DNA of 64,000 bases from Candidatus Gottesmanbacteria bacterium (GTDB taxonomy: Bacteria > Patescibacteriota > Microgenomatia > UBA10105 > UBA927), in the NCBI GenBank assembly GCA_963714095.1, contig OY970230.1:724103-788102 (forward strand), in the 5' to 3' direction. This document shows positions 50,239 to 60,186 of the stretch, piece by piece; the first letter of the stretch is position 1, and the number at the start of each line of letters is the position of its first letter. Below the pieces are notes generated by a model that ran no database searches, was not told the origin of the DNA, and saw nothing but the letters and a program-made list of their open reading frames with translations. The position numbers and the translations under genes are program-made.

Positions 50239-52088
50239 AAATAGAGTTTCGGATTTAACCAGTCCGCATGGTCATCGGTAATCCCGTCGCCGGCATCGGT
50301 AACAACCAACTTCAGTGTCTTTACACCGGTGATTGTTACATCCGCATGCCGCGGAAGATCATACCGGCCTATTTTTTTGGACGCAAATAAGAGTGTATCA
50401 TCCCCATACACTTCAAATACGACCGTTCCTCTGGGACCCGCCTCCGTATCTACGCCGTAATCGAATGAAAACAGGGTAAAATGCCCTGCGACATCGAACG
50501 TTTGGGTGCTGTTTGCATGTGTCCCAATCCCGCGCCGGTAAAATGCATATTGGACTGAAAGAGCGCTCCATTTATCAAATCCTGCCGACGCGTTGACCGG
50601 CATATTAATTTCACGCTGTCCATAGTCCTGGCTGAAGGCAAACGGAGTGAGCGTGGTGAGCGATACCGGCCCATGGGTTATAAGCGGCATATTTTTTGCA
50701 GTGATGGCAAGAGCAACAAACGCAACCGGCCACAGAAATGTCCAGAATGTTATGTCGCGTCGTATGGTGTACAGGAACCAAAGAAACAGACCGATGAAAA
50801 TGAGGGAAACGCTGATTGTCAGGTTGGGTTGGATAAGTGATGAAAGAACCGGAAATCCGTTGTGGGGATAATTGAAGACGAGCGCGGTATGGAGATTATA
50901 AAAATAGAGAAGAGAGAAGAGAATATAAAAAAAAGAGAAGATACGAAAAGGTTGGTTGGTAAAAGTCTGTAGACTCTCTTTTTTTGTCAGGCGCATACGG
51001 ATCCAAAAGACGCCCCAGAGGAGTACGAAGACTATAAGCGGAAATGCATAGCGGTCATGTGACTCGGTCTCGAACAGGAAGAAAGAGGCATTGGCAATGA
51101 TAATTGCACTAAGAAAGCGGTAAATTGTATCGGATTCGTTTTCTTTTTTGTTTTGCAGAAACGCAAAGGGTTTCATGATAAGCGCTGCAAGCAAATATCC
51201 TGCGGAAAAAAGAGAGAGCCCCACCGTTTTAGCGTTTGCCAAACCCACAGAAAGTAATTTGTCTGAAAACTGCATTCCGTGGGCGCGAGCGACTATCCAC
51301 CAGAGGTTAAATGCGTTTAAAGACAGCCATGGGAAATAGTCATAATTGCCCGTGAGCGATTCAATAACTTTCCCCATGCCGCCGGACAGGATAAATTCGA
51401 TATTAAGACCCGCAAATGTTACGAGTGACCCCGCAAGTCCCTGCACAAGACCTTCAAACCCTGCATATTGCCAGAGAAATAGGAAAAAAATAGGTCCGTA
51501 AATCATGTTTTGAAGTTTCGTCATCATGGCGAGCATATACACCATGCCGGCAAGAAATGGTTTCTTTTTAAGGACAAGAAGGAACGCGCCCAGAAATACG
51601 ATGACACCGAGACTGTCTACCTGGCCCCACCACGCGCTGTCCATCCATGAAACAGGGTTAAGAAGATACACAACAGCAAGCAGCCCGTAGAAATATACCG
51701 GGAAATCAGGAAATCCGATTTTTTTTGCGTTCTTGCCGATCCAGAGGAAGAGAGCCGCGATACCGAAGTCTGCAATAATTGCAGGCATTTTGGAAACGAT
51801 TAAAAACAAAAGATTGGTATTTTGCCAATATTGATTAAAATTATGCGGGTCCGCAAATAACCGGTACATGGCCGGCATGAGTGCCAGAAAGTAGCCAAAC
51901 GGGGTAGGGTAGTTAAAATTCGTGACTGAGAGTCCCTTAACGATTCCGAAATCGAGTACCGCCAATCCCCATGACTTCCAAAATGAGACATCCGCTTCAA
52001 AACCGGGATTGGGGATAAGAAGAAGACGGATGATGAAGGCGAGAATGAATCCTGTAATCAGTATGATCGGCAGGGAGGATTTTTTCAT
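50235..52088 (-). CDS. GT-C mannosyltransferase-like protein fused to an NPCBM/NEW2 domain
   Basis: DVSFWKSW, NYP, DSAWWGQVDS, HDRY; GIGTHANS...DAGDGITDDHADW. Confidence 0.82.
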   Translation of the reverse strand: MKKSSLPIILITGFILAFIIRLLLIPNPGFEADVSFWKSWGLAVLDFGIVKGLSVTNFNYPTPFGYFLALMPAMYRLFADPHNFNQYWQNTNLLFLIVSKMPAIIADFGIAALFLWIGKNAKKIGFPDFPVYFYGLLAVVYLLNPVSWMDSAWWGQVDSLGVIVFLGAFLLVLKKKPFLAGMVYMLAMMTKLQNMIYGPIFFLFLWQYAGFEGLVQGLAGSLVTFAGLNIEFILSGGMGKVIESLTGNYDYFPWLSLNAFNLWWIVARAHGMQFSDKLLSVGLANAKTVGLSLFSAGYLLAALIMKPFAFLQNKKENESDTIYRFLSAIIIANASFFLFETESHDRYAFPLIVFVLLWGVFWIRMRLTKKESLQTFTNQPFRIFSFFYILFSLLYFYNLHTALVFNYPHNGFPVLSSLIQPNLTISVSLIFIGLFLWFLYTIRRDITFWTFLWPVAFVALAITAKNMPLITHGPVSLTTLTPFAFSQDYGQREINMPVNASAGFDKWSALSVQYAFYRRGIGTHANSTQTFDVAGHFTLFSFDYGVDTEAGPRGTVVFEVYGDDTLLFASKKIGRYDLPRHADVTITGVKTLKLVVTDAGDGITDDHADWLNPKLYL

Positions 52089-52729
52089 TGTTTTTCCCAC
52101 CCGACACTGTCAACGATTTTTGTAAAGAGAGCAGGATCCAGACTTCCCTGACTGAGATGGATGACATATTGGGGCGCTCCCGCGACCTCAAAAAAGATAT
52201 CCAGATTCGGTGACCCGTTTGCCGTATTGAGAAACTTTACCGTATAGCCTTTAAGCCCTTGGCTGTTGGTAAATGATTCGATACTTGCGACTCCGGTCAG
52301 TCCGCCGAACTGTTTCCACCAGGCGTTTATGTAGACTGTTTTCGGTTGGTTGATATAGATGCTCTCCGCAGTATTTTTTTTAAGGTCATCTACCCCGATA
52401 AGGACATGGGAGGAAGGATTGTCGCCGGCAAGCGCGTACATATCGTACGAGTCATGGGGAAATGTTGTGAGATTGAGGTTTCCCGGCACGCTGAATGTGT
52501 AGGGATAAAGATTTCCTTTTACGGTGTGCCATGCGTTGTTGAGGGTTGGTTGGGCAGTAGGAGTATTTTGTGGCCCAAGATAGGTATTGCCTGCGGGGAT
52601 GACTATCGTTCCGACGCGTCCCGCAATTTGACGGTACTGGAGCACAACCACTATGATGCCCACAATGGTGAAGGTAACTGCGACTACAACAGCTTTATTA
52701 TAGGAAGATATTTTATTTTCCACACACAC
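52085..52729 (-). CDS. Membrane-anchored extracellular protein (PsbP-like fold possible)
   Basis: N-terminal TM, W..Y.YTFSVP, C-terminal FTKIVDSV. Confidence 0.6.
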   Translation of the reverse strand: MCVENKISSYNKAVVVAVTFTIVGIIVVVLQYRQIAGRVGTIVIPAGNTYLGPQNTPTAQPTLNNAWHTVKGNLYPYTFSVPGNLNLTTFPHDSYDMYALAGDNPSSHVLIGVDDLKKNTAESIYINQPKTVYINAWWKQFGGLTGVASIESFTNSQGLKGYTVKFLNTANGSPNLDIFFEVAGAPQYVIHLSQGSLDPALFTKIVDSVGWEKQ

Positions 52730-52763
52730 ATAGTATCATAAAAACTTGTACAATAGGGAGCAT

Positions 52764-54425
52764 ATGCGGCGAGTATATTGGGGAGCATTAATTTTTTTCT
52801 TCTTACTGTTTTCTCTCGTGCCGACGTTTTATGAATTGTCGCGGCAGGGAGATCTTCAGCCGGACCGGCAGTTTGAACTCGTCCATAATTTTTATACCGA
52901 TTATAATTTTTATCTTTCCCGGATCCGTGAAGGGAGGGAAGGCGCCTGGACTGTGACGGAAAAGTATACGTCAGAGCCTCACGCGGGATCCTACGTCCAG
53001 ATTATGTATCTTCTGATGGGAAAAGTGTCTGCATGGTTTGACGTGCCGTGGAGTAACAGTGGTGATACGTATCACACAGCACGGATAGTCCTTGCGGCTT
53101 CACTATTATTTGTTCTGTCATATGCAGCCAAATGGGCATTTGAGCGGTTCCGTTCTTGGTGGCAGATTGCCGCATTCCTGCTTGCCGTAACAGCCGGGAG
53201 CTGGCCGTTATTAGTGTTTCACCAGGGGGAATGGCGCTTCGGTGGATACATGCCGTGGTGGAGTCTTATGGATAATTTACAACGGATTACGTTTATTCCG
53301 CATATGCTTGCAGGACAGATTCTCATTGTATTCCTTCTGGTTGCAATGGCGCATGCTCCAACCATGAGCCGCGCGGGTAACTGGATATTCCTGGGTTTTT
53401 TAGCGTTTTTACTCGGCGTCGTATTTCCGGCGGGCCTGGGGTTTGTCGCTGCCGCGTGGGGAATATTTATCATCATTGATCTTTTGTGCCGATTGCCGAT
53501 CCCGCGGAAAGAAAGACAGCCGTGGATATTCACACGCATCGTAGGACCCGCCATCATCGGTCTTATGAGTACGCCGACACTTCTTTATTTTTCCCTTATT
53601 ATGAAAATTTACCCGTGGAAGCGGCTTATTGATTATTCAATACTGCACCCGCCGCCGTTTAATCTCGGGGAATATCTCTTGGCTGTGGGACCCATGCTCG
53701 TTTTGGGCGCAATCGGCGGATTATTGGTATTAGTCAAACGGGAGCGCCGGCTTCTCGTGTTTGTGGCGTGGGTAGTTGCGTGGATCGTACTTATTATTGT
53801 TTTTCAATACATCCCCCAGGAGTCACCCCTCAGATTTACGGAAATGCTCCCGCAGGTGCCGCTGGGATTCCTTGCGTGTTATCTTTTCTACGAGTTGTAC
53901 CGGATGTTTATTAAACCGTACCGGTATCTTTTTATCATCATTCCTTCATTTTTGGTTTTAGTGGGGTTGGGACAAATGTACTCATCCTGGCGGTGGCAAA
54001 AAGAATTTATTGATCAGAAAATTTCAGCGACGCAGCCACTCGTTCCCACAGGAAGTTATGTGATGTACCCGTTAAAGGATTTTGTTGCCGCAATAGTATT
54101 TCTTCAGGACCATACGAGCCGCGACACGGTTATTCTTAGTGAAACGACTGCGGGAAACTACATACCGGTTTACTCCGGCAATACCGTGTATGTGGGGCAG
54201 GCAAATACCGTTAACACCGAGCAAAAAGAGCCCGTTGTCAAAGATTTTTTCGCAGGAAATATGACGAGCGCCCAAGCTCAGTCTTTTTTGAAGGAAAATA
54301 ATCTGCATTATATTTTTTTCGGACCGCAAGAATCAGAGGATGGAGGGATTATGGATTTGGCGGAAACATACTCGTTTTTGAATCAAATATACCAAAATAA
54401 TCATGTGAGGGTTTATACGTGGTAA
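52764..54425 (+). CDS. GT-C-like membrane protein
   Basis: DYNFYLSRIREG, YTSEPH, many TMs, C-terminal YIFFGPQE. Confidence 0.78.
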   Translation: MRRVYWGALIFFFLLFSLVPTFYELSRQGDLQPDRQFELVHNFYTDYNFYLSRIREGREGAWTVTEKYTSEPHAGSYVQIMYLLMGKVSAWFDVPWSNSGDTYHTARIVLAASLLFVLSYAAKWAFERFRSWWQIAAFLLAVTAGSWPLLVFHQGEWRFGGYMPWWSLMDNLQRITFIPHMLAGQILIVFLLVAMAHAPTMSRAGNWIFLGFLAFLLGVVFPAGLGFVAAAWGIFIIIDLLCRLPIPRKERQPWIFTRIVGPAIIGLMSTPTLLYFSLIMKIYPWKRLIDYSILHPPPFNLGEYLLAVGPMLVLGAIGGLLVLVKRERRLLVFVAWVVAWIVLIIVFQYIPQESPLRFTEMLPQVPLGFLACYLFYELYRMFIKPYRYLFIIIPSFLVLVGLGQMYSSWRWQKEFIDQKISATQPLVPTGSYVMYPLKDFVAAIVFLQDHTSRDTVILSETTAGNYIPVYSGNTVYVGQANTVNTEQKEPVVKDFFAGNMTSAQAQSFLKENNLHYIFFGPQESEDGGIMDLAETYSFLNQIYQNNHVRVYTW

Positions 54426-54435
54426 GGTAAACTAT

Positions 54436-55974
54436 ATGATTCTCGGAAAAAATCGTTTATGGGGACTGTGCATTGGGGTACTTCTCGTTGGAATTCTCCT
54501 TTATCTTTTATATTGGCGTTGGCAGGTAAGTCAGATTAGGTATTTTGATATTGATGAATTTTTACACCTGCATTTGACGGCAGAGCTTGTCCGGGGGGAG
54601 CGGCTATATATTGATTTTATTACGTACTTTTCTCCCGGATTTATGTGGGTACTCGCGCCGCTGTTTTGGATTTATGGCGTTTCATTTCAAATATTTATCG
54701 CAGCGCGCGAGCTATCATTCTGCATATTTTTGGCACTCCTTTTTGTTCTCTGTATTCTGTTTGGGTATACGCGATCGTGGCGTTGGGCTCTGCTTCCGGT
54801 CATTATTTTGGCATTTTTGCCGATGCCGTACGACAAATTTTTAGAAGTGAGACCCGATACGATAGCTACACTTCTTGCATGTGCAGCGCTACTCACGGAA
54901 GTTATCGCAATTAGAAAGATACATGTGATGCGTTTATGGTGTCTGTGCGGATTTTTGTATGGCATATCGTTTTTATTTCTTATCAAAATGGCGCCGTTTC
55001 TTCTTGCCGGGTGGATAGTCGCGATGGTAGTGAGTTTTCAACGGGTAGGCACGAAAAATAAAAAAACTGCTTGGGCAAACCTGATTGCCATGACCGGAGG
55101 ATTATTGATTGCGCTATGTGGATTTTTCGGGTGGGCTGCGTTAACCGGAGGTCTGCAGGTAACATTGTACTCGGTAGTGCAAATGCCATTTGAAATCTCT
55201 AATCATTTTCAGGGGGGGTATTATCTGGCACCGTTTTTATTTTTCTATCCGAACGCATTATTCTACGGCGGCGATGGCGTTTCACTTTCAGCAGGATTAC
55301 TTATGAATAATGCACTATGGATATTTGCGTCCATGGTTGGTGTATATCGTTTGCTTACGCCGTATCTGAAAGCTCAGGGAAATAGGGAGAAGATGCAAAT
55401 TGAACTCCTCCTTGCACTTACGTTTGTATTCGCGGGCATAGGATTTATAAAGTTTTCTCCGGTCAAGTATAGCCAGTATCTCATTCCGACTGCTGTATTT
55501 ATAGCGTACTATGCAGCTGATGGTATATCTCTTTTTTTTGACTGGCTTGCAAGTGTCGGCGGATATCCGTCACTTGCGATTGCCTTGGTTGGACTGGGAT
55601 ATGTACTTGTTACAGTGACCCAATCAATTAATGCTCCGAAGATTTTGTCAACAAATGCCGGACAGCGTACGGAATTTGACCGATTGTTGGCTACCGTGCC
55701 ATTGTCGGCCCGTGTCGTGGATCTGGAAGGTAAAATGATATTTTGGCCTGACGGATACCCAATGTGCTGTATGTCGCTTGAAGATTTTGTGCCGTATATT
55801 TCTCACGGGCCGCCATCTTTAGCAACGTATTTATCTCTTCACCTGGCCGATTATCTGTATGACGGAACCACAAATAGACTCACAAGTCTTTTCCCTGAAA
55901 ATGTTGCATATATAAAATCACACTTTGCACTGGTCCCGGGATGGGGGAGTAGTTTGTGGAAACGGATTCAATGA
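54436..55974 (+). CDS. GT-C glycosyltransferase (ArnT-like)
   Basis: DIDE after TM1, LYIDF, EVRPD, QYLIP. Confidence 0.78.
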   Translation: MILGKNRLWGLCIGVLLVGILLYLLYWRWQVSQIRYFDIDEFLHLHLTAELVRGERLYIDFITYFSPGFMWVLAPLFWIYGVSFQIFIAARELSFCIFLALLFVLCILFGYTRSWRWALLPVIILAFLPMPYDKFLEVRPDTIATLLACAALLTEVIAIRKIHVMRLWCLCGFLYGISFLFLIKMAPFLLAGWIVAMVVSFQRVGTKNKKTAWANLIAMTGGLLIALCGFFGWAALTGGLQVTLYSVVQMPFEISNHFQGGYYLAPFLFFYPNALFYGGDGVSLSAGLLMNNALWIFASMVGVYRLLTPYLKAQGNREKMQIELLLALTFVFAGIGFIKFSPVKYSQYLIPTAVFIAYYAADGISLFFDWLASVGGYPSLAIALVGLGYVLVTVTQSINAPKILSTNAGQRTEFDRLLATVPLSARVVDLEGKMIFWPDGYPMCCMSLEDFVPYISHGPPSLATYLSLHLADYLYDGTTNRLTSLFPENVAYIKSHFALVPGWGSSLWKRIQ

Positions 55975-57629
55975 AAAAATATATCGGGCTCTATTTGGCA
56001 ATTATCGTATTTGTCGTCCAGCTTCTCCTTATTCATGGCGCGGGGCTGACATGGGATGAGCCGTCGAGTTTTTTCTTCGGACGGGCGAACCTCGATTTCT
56101 GGCTTACCGGAAACCGTGCATATCTCACCGATATCAAAAGCAAAACGCTCTACACCGATAGCCCGTTTTTTTACCTGTACGGCGAAGATGTGTATCCGCC
56201 GTTCCCGTTTGTTGTCGCCTCGGGGTTTTCGTGGATATTTGCCGAGCATCTGCGCCTTTTATCATTCATTGATGCTCATCACATGGGCGAAGTGTTATTG
56301 GGAAGTGCCGGAGTTGCGGCTTTCTATGGTGTGGCCACTGAAGTCGGTCTTACCGTTCCTATTGCAGCAGCTACCACGCTCCTTTATGCCTTCTATCCGA
56401 CAATTATCGGGGAAATGCGTGCTGATGCCAAAGATATACCGCTGATGAGCATGATCTGTATTTTTGTCTATTGTTTTTTGCGGTTTTTAACAACGCTTTC
56501 GCGCCGTGGGTTTTCCGGGCATGTATGGTGGGCGATTCTTTCAGGCATCACCTTAGGTTTGGCTTTTGCAACAAAACCGACCGCACCGATTATCCTCGTA
56601 CCCATTGCCGTATGGTTTATCATTTCCATAATCGCACATCCATCATTTCGGAAAGCGGTAGGGCGATTGGACCGCCTCACGCCGCTGGTTTTATTGACAG
56701 GAAGTATCGGATTGACAACGTTTTTTTTCGCATGGCCCTGGTTATGGGACAACCCTGTGGGTCATCTTTCTGCAGTCTGGCAGTTTTTCCGAACGGTGGG
56801 ATTTGGCAATGTAGTTACGTACATGGGAGGAATTTATTATGCTGGCTACACATTACCCTGGACCTATCCGTATGCAGCCCTTGGCACCAAAACACCGATT
56901 GAACTCCTCATTCTTGCTATTGCAGGAATGGGGGCTGTTTGGTGGTTCTTTCGCCATGGTCGGGCCTACGCGGCGCTTGCCTTTTTCTGGTTTTGGCTTC
57001 TTATCCTGCGGTTTTTACTGCCGGGGATGGTGATTTATGATGAAGTTCGGCACTATATTGACGCAATGCCGGGGTTTTTTCTTCTCATCGGGTTCGGGCT
57101 CCAATGGTTGGCGCGCCTTCACCCTAAAAAGGTATGGAGGTTCGTTGCAGTCGCGATATTTTTATGTTCTTTCGGTCATGAGATTTTTATTATGGTGCGG
57201 TTTTATCCGTATGAGCCCACGTATTTCAATGCGCTTATCGGCGGCATAAAAACAGTTTCGGCGGACAATCTTTTTGATGTTGAACATCTGGGTGCTTCCG
57301 TCAAAGAGGGGATAGAATTTGTCAACAGGCAGCCCGGGAATCCTTCCGTCTATGTGTGTCAGATTTCGCATCTGGCGTATTTTTACGCGGCGCCGAATGT
57401 CCGGGTGGTGAGGTATCCGCAGGATGGCAGTTATGTGTTGGTTCCCAACGACTACGCATTTTTTGGTGCAGTGAACGCATATTATTCCAACATTGCCCGT
57501 CGTGTGTATACGGTAACCCGCGACGGCGGGGATTTGCTATACGTGTACCACGTTACGGGTTCGGGAGCTGAGTATTGCGGTCCGGAATCCGACACTGTTT
57601 TGCCCGCAAAATATGATACGAATCCGTAA
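55971..57629 (+). CDS. GT-C glycosyltransferase (ArnT/PMT-like)
   Basis: TWDEP, KDIP, WPWLW, RHY, YFN. Confidence 0.82.
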   Translation: MKKYIGLYLAIIVFVVQLLLIHGAGLTWDEPSSFFFGRANLDFWLTGNRAYLTDIKSKTLYTDSPFFYLYGEDVYPPFPFVVASGFSWIFAEHLRLLSFIDAHHMGEVLLGSAGVAAFYGVATEVGLTVPIAAATTLLYAFYPTIIGEMRADAKDIPLMSMICIFVYCFLRFLTTLSRRGFSGHVWWAILSGITLGLAFATKPTAPIILVPIAVWFIISIIAHPSFRKAVGRLDRLTPLVLLTGSIGLTTFFFAWPWLWDNPVGHLSAVWQFFRTVGFGNVVTYMGGIYYAGYTLPWTYPYAALGTKTPIELLILAIAGMGAVWWFFRHGRAYAALAFFWFWLLILRFLLPGMVIYDEVRHYIDAMPGFFLLIGFGLQWLARLHPKKVWRFVAVAIFLCSFGHEIFIMVRFYPYEPTYFNALIGGIKTVSADNLFDVEHLGASVKEGIEFVNRQPGNPSVYVCQISHLAYFYAAPNVRVVRYPQDGSYVLVPNDYAFFGAVNAYYSNIARRVYTVTRDGGDLLYVYHVTGSGAEYCGPESDTVLPAKYDTNP

Positions 57630-57668
57630 CGTACGCAACTTGCCTCTCGTGATACAATCTTCTGAGAC

Positions 57669-58403
57669 ATGAAATCATTTGTGCAACCGCATTTGAGTCT
57701 CATTTTGCCCGTGTACAACGAAACCAACCGTCTGGTGCAGGGTCTTACAGCATCCCTTTCATATTTACAAAAGCAAACGTATCCGTGGGAGCTCATTCTT
57801 GTTGATGACGGGTCGCGTATCCCCGTGCGGGAGGTTTTAAAAGGGACACCCATTGCCCGCCGCATGCAGAAGCTTCCGGTTGCCATCCTTCGTCTGCCCA
57901 AAAATTCCGGCAAGGGCACTGCGATTGCCCGTGGTGTTGCGGCAGCGCGGGGGAAATACATCGTATTCAGCGATGTAGATTTTTCGGTGGATATAACAAC
58001 ATTGTCGGTTGTGCTTTCTGCACTGACTGAGGCTTCTGTAGTTATCGCTTCAAGGCGGGCTCCGGGAGCAGTCATCAGCACACACCAACCGATCCTGAGG
58101 GAAACTGCAGGGAGGCTGTTTACCTATTGGTCTAATACCCTTTTGGGTTTACGCGTGTATGACAGTACGTGCGGGTTTAAGGGGTTTCAGCAGAAGGCTG
58201 CCAAACGGTTGTTTAATAATATGGTTATCGGCGGATGGGTGTTTGATGCCGAGGTTCTTTGGCGGGCGCGGCGGTGGAATATGCCGATCGTTCAGGTTCC
58301 GGTTCACTGGTCAGATAAAAAAGGGACGCACGTACATATCCCCGATGTTCTCCGTTCCTGGATGGATCTTTTTAGACTTTGGGCACACGTGAGTAGTTTG
58401 TAG
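57669..58403 (+). CDS. Polyprenol/dolichyl-phosphate hexosyltransferase (GT2, Alg5-like)
   Basis: ILPVYNE, DDGS, GKG, DVD, DSTCGFK, FDAE. Confidence 0.85.
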   Translation: MKSFVQPHLSLILPVYNETNRLVQGLTASLSYLQKQTYPWELILVDDGSRIPVREVLKGTPIARRMQKLPVAILRLPKNSGKGTAIARGVAAARGKYIVFSDVDFSVDITTLSVVLSALTEASVVIASRRAPGAVISTHQPILRETAGRLFTYWSNTLLGLRVYDSTCGFKGFQQKAAKRLFNNMVIGGWVFDAEVLWRARRWNMPIVQVPVHWSDKKGTHVHIPDVLRSWMDLFRLWAHVSSL

Positions 58404-58406
58404 TAT

Positions 58407-59138
58407 ATGCAATCATATTTATATGATGATTTATATGAACTGGAAGATACACACTGGTGGCATCGGGCGAAACGCCGGCTGGTGTATGCCCTTATGCGCC
58501 GGTACACGACCCGTACGCGCACGCGTCCGCGGATTCTTGATGTCGGCTGCGGAACGGGTAAAAATATTGAGGAATGGTCTCACCTTGGTCCTACTGCCGG
58601 CATTGATGCAGAACTCCGTGCTCTGGCATACTGCAAAAAACGCGGAATTTTGCGTGTCCGGTTGGGTAGGGCAGAGCATACAGGGTTGCCCGCTTCCTCG
58701 GTGGATGTAGTAACCCTACTGGATGTTTTGGAACACACGGATGATACGATGGTATTGCCGGAAATAGCGCGGATACTATCTGCCGAAGGGATTGTGATTT
58801 TGACCGTACCGGCATACCCATGGCTTTGGAGTACGTGGGACGTGGTATTACACCATAAGCGCCGATATACCAAAAATGGACTTTGTCGTTTAGTGTCAGC
58901 CAACGGGTTCCGCGTCCTGTACGCTTCACATGTATTTTCTTTTTTGCCTCTCCCAGCCCTGCTGATCCGGCTTATGAAATCCCGACTGCCGAAAGAGCAA
59001 TATGGGTCTGATTTTAGATTGTCATTACCGTTTATTAATAGGATATTGTATACATTTTGTATACTGGAGCAGGGAGTGATGAAAATTGTTCCGCTGCCGG
59101 TGGGCACAAGTATAGTCTGTGTTGCTCAAAAAAGATGA
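58407..59138 (+). CDS. Class I SAM-dependent methyltransferase
   Basis: EDTHWW, LDVGCGTG, DVLEH, HKRRY. Confidence 0.9.
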   Translation: MQSYLYDDLYELEDTHWWHRAKRRLVYALMRRYTTRTRTRPRILDVGCGTGKNIEEWSHLGPTAGIDAELRALAYCKKRGILRVRLGRAEHTGLPASSVDVVTLLDVLEHTDDTMVLPEIARILSAEGIVILTVPAYPWLWSTWDVVLHHKRRYTKNGLCRLVSANGFRVLYASHVFSFLPLPALLIRLMKSRLPKEQYGSDFRLSLPFINRILYTFCILEQGVMKIVPLPVGTSIVCVAQKR

Positions 59139-59176
59139 TTTGATTATAGTACTACAAACGTAGTATCCTAGCCGGG

Positions 59177-60157
59177 GTGAAAAAACCATACCTTTCCGTT
59201 ATCATCCCTGCCTACAATGCCAGCGAGACTCTCGGGAGGCTTCTGGGGTCCCTGAAAACATCTTCGTTTAAAAATTTTGAAGTTATCGTCGGGGATGATG
59301 CCTCAAACGAACAATATCTCGTCGGAAAAGGCATTAAAATTGTCCGTTTAACACGGAACCGCGGTCCGGCAGCGGCGAGGAATGCCGCGGTTAAACGAGC
59401 AAAAGGAAACGTCCTTGTTTTTTTGGACGCCGACGTGACGGTATACCCGGATACGCTCTCAAAAATTGCCGGAAAATTTAAAGAAGATCATGATCTTACG
59501 GCTGTTACCGGCGTCTGGGATAAACACCAGCAGACGAAATCGTTTTTTCCGCAATTCAAAGCTATGCGTGACTGGAGTTATTGGACGAATGAACGGGGCC
59601 GTGACGGGTATTATTACCTGTTTAGTACGCGGATTGCGGCGATCCGCCGCGAAGTATTTATCCGGCTCGGCGGCTTTAACGAGGCGTTCCGGCAGATGGA
59701 GGATGTGGAGCTGACCTACAGGATAGCCAAACGGTATGCAATCATCTTTGCGCCCGATGTACGGGTTCACCACGAGTTTGAAAATTTTTGGCCGGTCGCG
59801 CGAAAATACTTCTGGAGGAGCTTTTACTGGACAAAACTTTACAAAGTGCGCAAAAAATTTGATCCGGTTGCAACCACGATGTCCGAAACGATTACGGCAG
59901 CAACGGGGGTTGGGGCAATCGGGGTAATTGGCATAGGGATAATCCTCTATTTTATTTTGCCATATGTATGGGTACGGATGGTCACGCTTGTACTGGCTGC
60001 TATCCTTTTTTTTATTCACCTTTTTTTTCTCCGTAAATTTTTATGGTTTGTCTATAAGGAAAAAGGGATGGGGTTTGCCGTCAAATCAATTTTCACCGGA
60101 CTGGCACTGTATTTCGTCATTATGTCGGGGGCTATCTACTACCAACTCCGGAAGTAA
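59177..60157 (+). CDS. GT2 glycosyltransferase with C-terminal TMs
   Basis: SVIIPAYN, GPAAARN, FLDAD, ED. Confidence 0.9.
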   Translation: MKKPYLSVIIPAYNASETLGRLLGSLKTSSFKNFEVIVGDDASNEQYLVGKGIKIVRLTRNRGPAAARNAAVKRAKGNVLVFLDADVTVYPDTLSKIAGKFKEDHDLTAVTGVWDKHQQTKSFFPQFKAMRDWSYWTNERGRDGYYYLFSTRIAAIRREVFIRLGGFNEAFRQMEDVELTYRIAKRYAIIFAPDVRVHHEFENFWPVARKYFWRSFYWTKLYKVRKKFDPVATTMSETITAATGVGAIGVIGIGIILYFILPYVWVRMVTLVLAAILFFIHLFFLRKFLWFVYKEKGMGFAVKSIFTGLALYFVIMSGAIYYQLRK

Positions 60158-60186
60158 AATCCTTGTGCTATGATATTTTTATTCGT